From Candidatus Krumholzibacteriota bacterium (GTDB lineage: Bacteria > Krumholzibacteriota > Krumholzibacteriia > JAJRXK01): a DNA stretch of 64,000 nucleotides. Position 1 is the stretch's first letter. Each line of letters begins with the position of its first letter. The DNA lies in contig CAWDWO010000031.1 of NCBI GenBank assembly GCA_963806035.1, forward strand, positions 40,777 to 104,776, written 5' to 3'. The position numbers were made by a program, and so were the translations under genes. Under the pieces are notes generated by a model. It saw only the letters and a program-made list of their open reading frames with translations, had not been told where the DNA came from and ran no database searches. Below, in pieces: positions 60,131-64,000 of the stretch.

Positions 60131-60982
60131 CTAGGCTACACCCCCGGCTTGTTGGTGATGCGCGCGGCGATCGCGACGACGACTGTAGAGAATGAAACCC
60201 ACGATGACGAGAATCGTGAGGATCCCGGCCAAACGGATGAAGAACATGATGGTGGCTCCGTACTTACCAGTGGCGGGGTTGTACTTGAAGCACAACAAAA
60301 GGGCCTGGGCCACCAGGCCTCCCACCTTTCCGTCGCTCGCCTCAGCGAGGGAGAGACGCAGGTCCTTCGGGGCGTAGTCGATCCCGTAGAGATAGCGCGA
60401 AAGGACGCCCTTCGGTGTCAGCACCATGATTCCGGTGGCGTGAGCGTACTGTCCGCTCGCTTCGTCGTAGACGTAGTGGAATCCGCATTCGCTGGTGAGA
60501 GAGTCGATGGCGGCAGGCTCACCGGTCAAAAAATGCCAGCCGGCTTCGGTCCCCGGACGGTCGTAGGTCTCCAGGTACCCTTCGCGCTTCTTCTTGGCCA
60601 GCTCCGGGCCTTCCTTCGGGTTGAAGCTCACGATGACGACTTCGAAATCCTTCGCGGGCGAGAGCGACAGGGGCTTGAGGCTGCGAACCACTCCGTTCAA
60701 CACCATGGTGCAGAGCATGGGGCATTCATAGTAGACCAGAGCGAGAATGACCGGCTTGTCCTCGTGGAAGTAGTCGCCCAGCTTGATTTCCTGTCCGTTC
60801 TCGTCCTTGAACTGCAAGCCGAGATTCACCGGCTCACCCAGGTGCTGCTCGAAGGAGACGTCCTTGGTGGGACTCTTCTGCAAGATGGGCCTTTCCGCTC
60901 GAGCTTGCGTTGCAACCAGGCCGGCGGCAAAGAGTGAAAGAACGAAGATTACGCGCAGACCACGCCGTTGATTCCGCATCAT
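60131..60982 (-). CDS. SCO family copper chaperone
   Basis: YYECPMLC, WHFLTG, YAHATG; C-terminal TM; ATGA overlap with upstream gene. Confidence 0.92.
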   Translation of the reverse strand: MMRNQRRGLRVIFVLSLFAAGLVATQARAERPILQKSPTKDVSFEQHLGEPVNLGLQFKDENGQEIKLGDYFHEDKPVILALVYYECPMLCTMVLNGVVRSLKPLSLSPAKDFEVVIVSFNPKEGPELAKKKREGYLETYDRPGTEAGWHFLTGEPAAIDSLTSECGFHYVYDEASGQYAHATGIMVLTPKGVLSRYLYGIDYAPKDLRLSLAEASDGKVGGLVAQALLLCFKYNPATGKYGATIMFFIRLAGILTILVIVGFILYSRRRDRRAHHQQAGGVA

Positions 60983-61428
60983 TTTCCTCCTTGGGAAGAT
61001 GCTCCCTCGGTACCCTTGGGCGCGGTACTCTGAGTCGGCTGGGGCCAACTGGGCACGCCATCGCGCTCGACCATTTTCATGGCTTGCTCGATGGGCACTC
61101 GTGCCACTTGCGCGGATTTCTCCTCCCAGCCGTAGCTGGTGAGGATCGAATCCTCTTCCGCGTGCATCGCACGGAGATCCGCGTGCGGATTGGCCTGGAG
61201 CCGCGGCTCTGGCGGCAACTCTTGCACGCCGGTGGTGGCCACCGGCAGCGCGGGCGGATCCTTGGACTCCAGGTTTTTTCTCAGGAAGCCATAATAGAGC
61301 ATCGCCACGATACCCGCGATCACGCACAGGAACGCGATCACGGCCAGAAAACCCACGAGCGCCTTCTTCTGCAGCTCCTCATCGATCGGCTTGCCCGCGC
61401 CCTCATAGCTCCACTTCGGATCAGGCAT
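60979..61428 (-). CDS. Small single-TM protein of ACIII-oxidase operons (ActG-like position)
   Basis: TM helix followed by LPPEPRLQ..LTSYGW..RVPIEQAM. Confidence 0.7.
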   Translation of the reverse strand: MPDPKWSYEGAGKPIDEELQKKALVGFLAVIAFLCVIAGIVAMLYYGFLRKNLESKDPPALPVATTGVQELPPEPRLQANPHADLRAMHAEEDSILTSYGWEEKSAQVARVPIEQAMKMVERDGVPSWPQPTQSTAPKGTEGASSQGGK

Positions 61429-62611
61429 TGCCCGCGACCTCCTGGTATCTGGGGTCATTCACCGCGAGCAGATTCCGGCGGCCGAGCTGCCAGCAGAAGA
61501 CCGCCAACCAGATACCGCCGAGCCCTCCGAGACTGGCCAGATCCAGCCACGAAAGGGTGGTGCGGTGCAGCGGCGGCATGACCTGCCAGAAATAATCGGC
61601 ATAACGAACCGCGATCAGAAGCAGAGCCACGAAAACCAGGCGCCCCGGTCGGCCCTTCACCGCGTGGGTCAAAAGCAAAAGAAAGGGAACCACGAACTGC
61701 GCGACGATGAGAAGAGTGGTGAAGAGCTTCCACTCGGGCGTGATTCGTTCCAAATACCAGGGGATCTCTTCCGGCAGATCACCCGACCAGATGATGAGAA
61801 ACTGACTAAACGCGAAGTAGCCCCAGAGCATGATGAAAGCCAGGAGCAAGTTGCCGTAGTCGTGAAAGTCCCGCTTCGTGAAAAGATCACCGATTGGCTT
61901 CGTGCGCGAGAGCATCACCGCGATGATTGCGGTGAATGCAAGGGCCGCCAGTGCCATCGACTCGAAGAAATAGATGCCGTAGATGCTCGAGTACCACTTG
62001 GGATCGAGCGACATGAGCCAATCGACGCTCGCGAAGGTTCCCGCCAGGCACCATACGATGATCCCGGGCCCGCTGAAGGCGGCCATCCGCTTGTCTCGCT
62101 CGGGAACCGCCCCCGCGTCCTGCTTGGCGGAGAGTCGGTCCAGAATGAACGCGAAAACCAGCCACAGCGCGAAGTAGAGGACACCACGAAGAAGATATCC
62201 CTGCGGATTCAAGTAATTCGCCTTGGCGGCGATGGCTTCGTCGCTGGCCAGGATGGAAGCGTCGGCCCAGGGGTAGATGCGGGAGAGTCCAAAGAGTAGG
62301 GGCACGAAGAGCAGGGCGATGAGGGGGATCGTCCTCGTGGAGGCTTCCAGCACGCGGCGGATCATGAAGCCCCAGCGGCCTCCGGCCAGATGGTAGAGCA
62401 TCAGAAGGCCCAGACTTCCCAACGGAATCGCGGCGACCCAGATGAAGGCCACCAGATAGGAGCTGAAGAACGCGCCCGGAGAGAGCACGGCTCCCACCAC
62501 GGTCAAAACGAGACCGAGCACTCCGATGAAAAGGCCGATCCGGCCCAGACGAGTGATGCTCTCCGGGGGAGAAAAATATGCTGCCTGCGTTCCCTCAGTG
62601 ACCTTCATCAT
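61421..62611 (-). CDS. actF: Alternative complex III subunit ActF
   Basis: About 10 TM helices; DWLMSLDPKWYSSIYG, HDYGNLLLAF, FSQFLIIWSGDLPEEIPWY. Confidence 0.9.
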   Translation of the reverse strand: MMKVTEGTQAAYFSPPESITRLGRIGLFIGVLGLVLTVVGAVLSPGAFFSSYLVAFIWVAAIPLGSLGLLMLYHLAGGRWGFMIRRVLEASTRTIPLIALLFVPLLFGLSRIYPWADASILASDEAIAAKANYLNPQGYLLRGVLYFALWLVFAFILDRLSAKQDAGAVPERDKRMAAFSGPGIIVWCLAGTFASVDWLMSLDPKWYSSIYGIYFFESMALAALAFTAIIAVMLSRTKPIGDLFTKRDFHDYGNLLLAFIMLWGYFAFSQFLIIWSGDLPEEIPWYLERITPEWKLFTTLLIVAQFVVPFLLLLTHAVKGRPGRLVFVALLLIAVRYADYFWQVMPPLHRTTLSWLDLASLGGLGGIWLAVFCWQLGRRNLLAVNDPRYQEVAGNA

Positions 62612-63266
62612 GCTCACTCGACTCTTGGGTGGATTTCTCGTCCTCCGCCGCGATGGCCTTTTCGATTTGGTTCCGCTCAGCGGGATCCAGCTTCGAGAGC
62701 TCGACATGGCGGCTCAGTTGCAGGGTCTTGACGTAGGCAACGATGGCCCAGCGGTCGCTCGGCGGAACTTGAGAGGCGTAGCTCGACATCTGACCGAAAC
62801 CGTTGGTGATCACGTCGAAGAAATAGCCGGGAGGCATGCCCCGCAGGCGATCGATGTGGTAGCTGGGGGGCTGCTTGAAGCCTCGACGCACCACCATGCC
62901 CCGCCCATTGCCCAAGCGACCGTGGCAGGGAGTACAGAAAATCTCGAAACGCTGACGCCCGCGCTGCAGCAGTTTCGCGTCCACTTTCAGCGGAAATTCC
63001 TTCACGAAGGTGCCGTCGGGGCCGATGCCTTTATAGTAGGCATCGTCCGCCCGCAGAAAACCGCGCGGCACCGTCCCCTTGGGCAAGGGCCTGGAAGAGG
63101 CGCCATCGCGGTAGAACTTGCTCTCGCGCAGCGGCCGTTCCTTGGCCTGGTTCTTCATGTCCTGGGTGCAGCCTCCGCTCACCAGCAACACCAAAAGGAG
63201 CAGGCCGACCCCCCACCGTCTCCGGCGAGAGAGCGCCTTCGAGTTCGTGCGCAACCACTCAATCAT
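62595..63266 (-). CDS. actE: Alternative complex III monoheme cytochrome c lipoprotein ActE
   Basis: Lipobox SGG-C, DMKNQ, GTVPRG, CTPCH, DRWAIVAYV. Confidence 0.9.
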   Translation of the reverse strand: MIEWLRTNSKALSRRRRWGVGLLLLVLLVSGGCTQDMKNQAKERPLRESKFYRDGASSRPLPKGTVPRGFLRADDAYYKGIGPDGTFVKEFPLKVDAKLLQRGRQRFEIFCTPCHGRLGNGRGMVVRRGFKQPPSYHIDRLRGMPPGYFFDVITNGFGQMSSYASQVPPSDRWAIVAYVKTLQLSRHVELSKLDPAERNQIEKAIAAEDEKSTQESSEHDEGH

Positions 63267-63804
63267 CGTAGACGTCCGATACTGCGACCGAGGAGAGTCC
63301 CTCGAGGAAAGTGCGGGTCTTCTTCAGATCGAACTTCTCGTCCTCCACCTGGATCCAGAGAAAGAACTTGTCGTTGGTCGCCAGGGCGAATCGGTCGACG
63401 TTGAACACGGGATGATGCGGATGGGGCAGACCGTTGAGGGCGAACATCCCCAGCACGGCAGTGATCCCCGCGAAGAGGATCGTCATCTCGAAAGTGGGAA
63501 CGATGAACGCCGGCCAGGAATTCAGAGGACGTCCTCCGATGTTCATGGGGAAGGCGTAAACGTTGATCCAGTACTGCAAAGAGAAGCCGCCGATGCAACC
63601 GAAGAGCCCTCCCAAGAACACCATCAGGGGGAGACGGCTCCCCTCTCCCGCAATCACGTGGTTGAGTTCTTCGATGGGATAGGGGGTGAAGGCATCGAAG
63701 CGCCGGTAGCCCTCCTTCTTGACCGCCTTGGCGGCCCGGAGGACCTTATCCGGTCCGTCGAATTCGGCCATGACACCGGCCAGACGCGCGTTGCGCATGT
63801 CCAT
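63259..63804 (-). CDS. actD: Alternative complex III subunit ActD (DUF3341)
   Basis: DAFTPYPI, NIGGRPLNSWPAFIVPTFEMTIL, GLPHPHHPVF. Confidence 0.92.
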   Translation of the reverse strand: MDMRNARLAGVMAEFDGPDKVLRAAKAVKKEGYRRFDAFTPYPIEELNHVIAGEGSRLPLMVFLGGLFGCIGGFSLQYWINVYAFPMNIGGRPLNSWPAFIVPTFEMTILFAGITAVLGMFALNGLPHPHHPVFNVDRFALATNDKFFLWIQVEDEKFDLKKTRTFLEGLSSVAVSDVYDD

Positions 63805-63805
63805 G

Positions 63806-64000
63806 CTACTCCTCCCCTCCCTTCGCTCCGGGCAAGAGCATGCGGATTTCGAAGATGGAGATCGAGGGAAGCACCCGGATGAAGACGAGCATCAGGGTCA
63901 AGAAGAGACCGAGTGATCCAATGAAGATGGCCCAGTCCCAACGCGTGGGATAGTACATGTCCCACGAAGAGGGCATGAAATCGCGGTGCAGGCTGGTGAT
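63806..64000 (-). CDS. actC: Alternative complex III subunit ActC (NrfD family), C-terminal fragment
   Basis: Not in ORF track. Manual translation ITSLHRDFMPSSWDMYYPTRWDWAIFIGSLGLFLTLMLVFIRVLPSISIFE..; TAG stop at 63808-63806. Confidence 0.9.
   Translation of the reverse strand: MTSLHRDFMPSSWDMYYPTRWDWAIFIGSLGLFLTLMLVFIRVLPSISIFEIRMLLPGAKGGEE

Noticed and set aside
63654..63965. 103-aa minus-strand ORF at the window end
   Set aside because: Wrong frame; the real coding frame is the ActC C-terminus ending at 63806.

Overview
GC-rich bacterial chromosomal window, almost fully coding and mostly on the minus strand. I see no phage, IS, CRISPR or rRNA. The gene content suggests a diderm, FCB-group-like lineage, possibly Latescibacterota/Krumholzibacteriota-like (inference only). 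That content includes a PorV-family barrel, a T9SS-like C-terminal sorting domain, GWxTD proteins, and alternative complex III plus an A2-type caa3 oxidase. Left to right: ruvA(partial)-ruvC-yebC-EF-G2; an OM beta-barrel; a protamine/H1-like heptad-repeat protein; tRNA-Leu(GAG)-secG-tpiA-pgk; comF-aroE-rodA-mrdA-mreDCB-radC; a diverged aspartokinase; a ~16 kb co-oriented envelope locus; oppBCDF without oppA; lipM-like and gcvT-H-PA-PB; uvrA, a giant TPR protein and asnS; a TPR/Zn-finger membrane protein plus a DUF4388-TM-pilin-like protein; a head-to-head pair of apparent pseudo-enzymes (CE4 deacetylase, class I aminotransferase); and caa3 oxidase/SCO/ActCDEF. The best candidate for an undescribed system is the envelope locus at 17719-33746. 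In transcription order it holds a structured 5' leader, TonB-dependent receptor, T9SS-CTD cargo protein, PorV, GWxTD, ExbB-ExbD-ExbD-TonB, TolC, orphan ABC ATPase, GWxTD and NlpC/P60. All calls come from motif recognition by eye; no searches were run.
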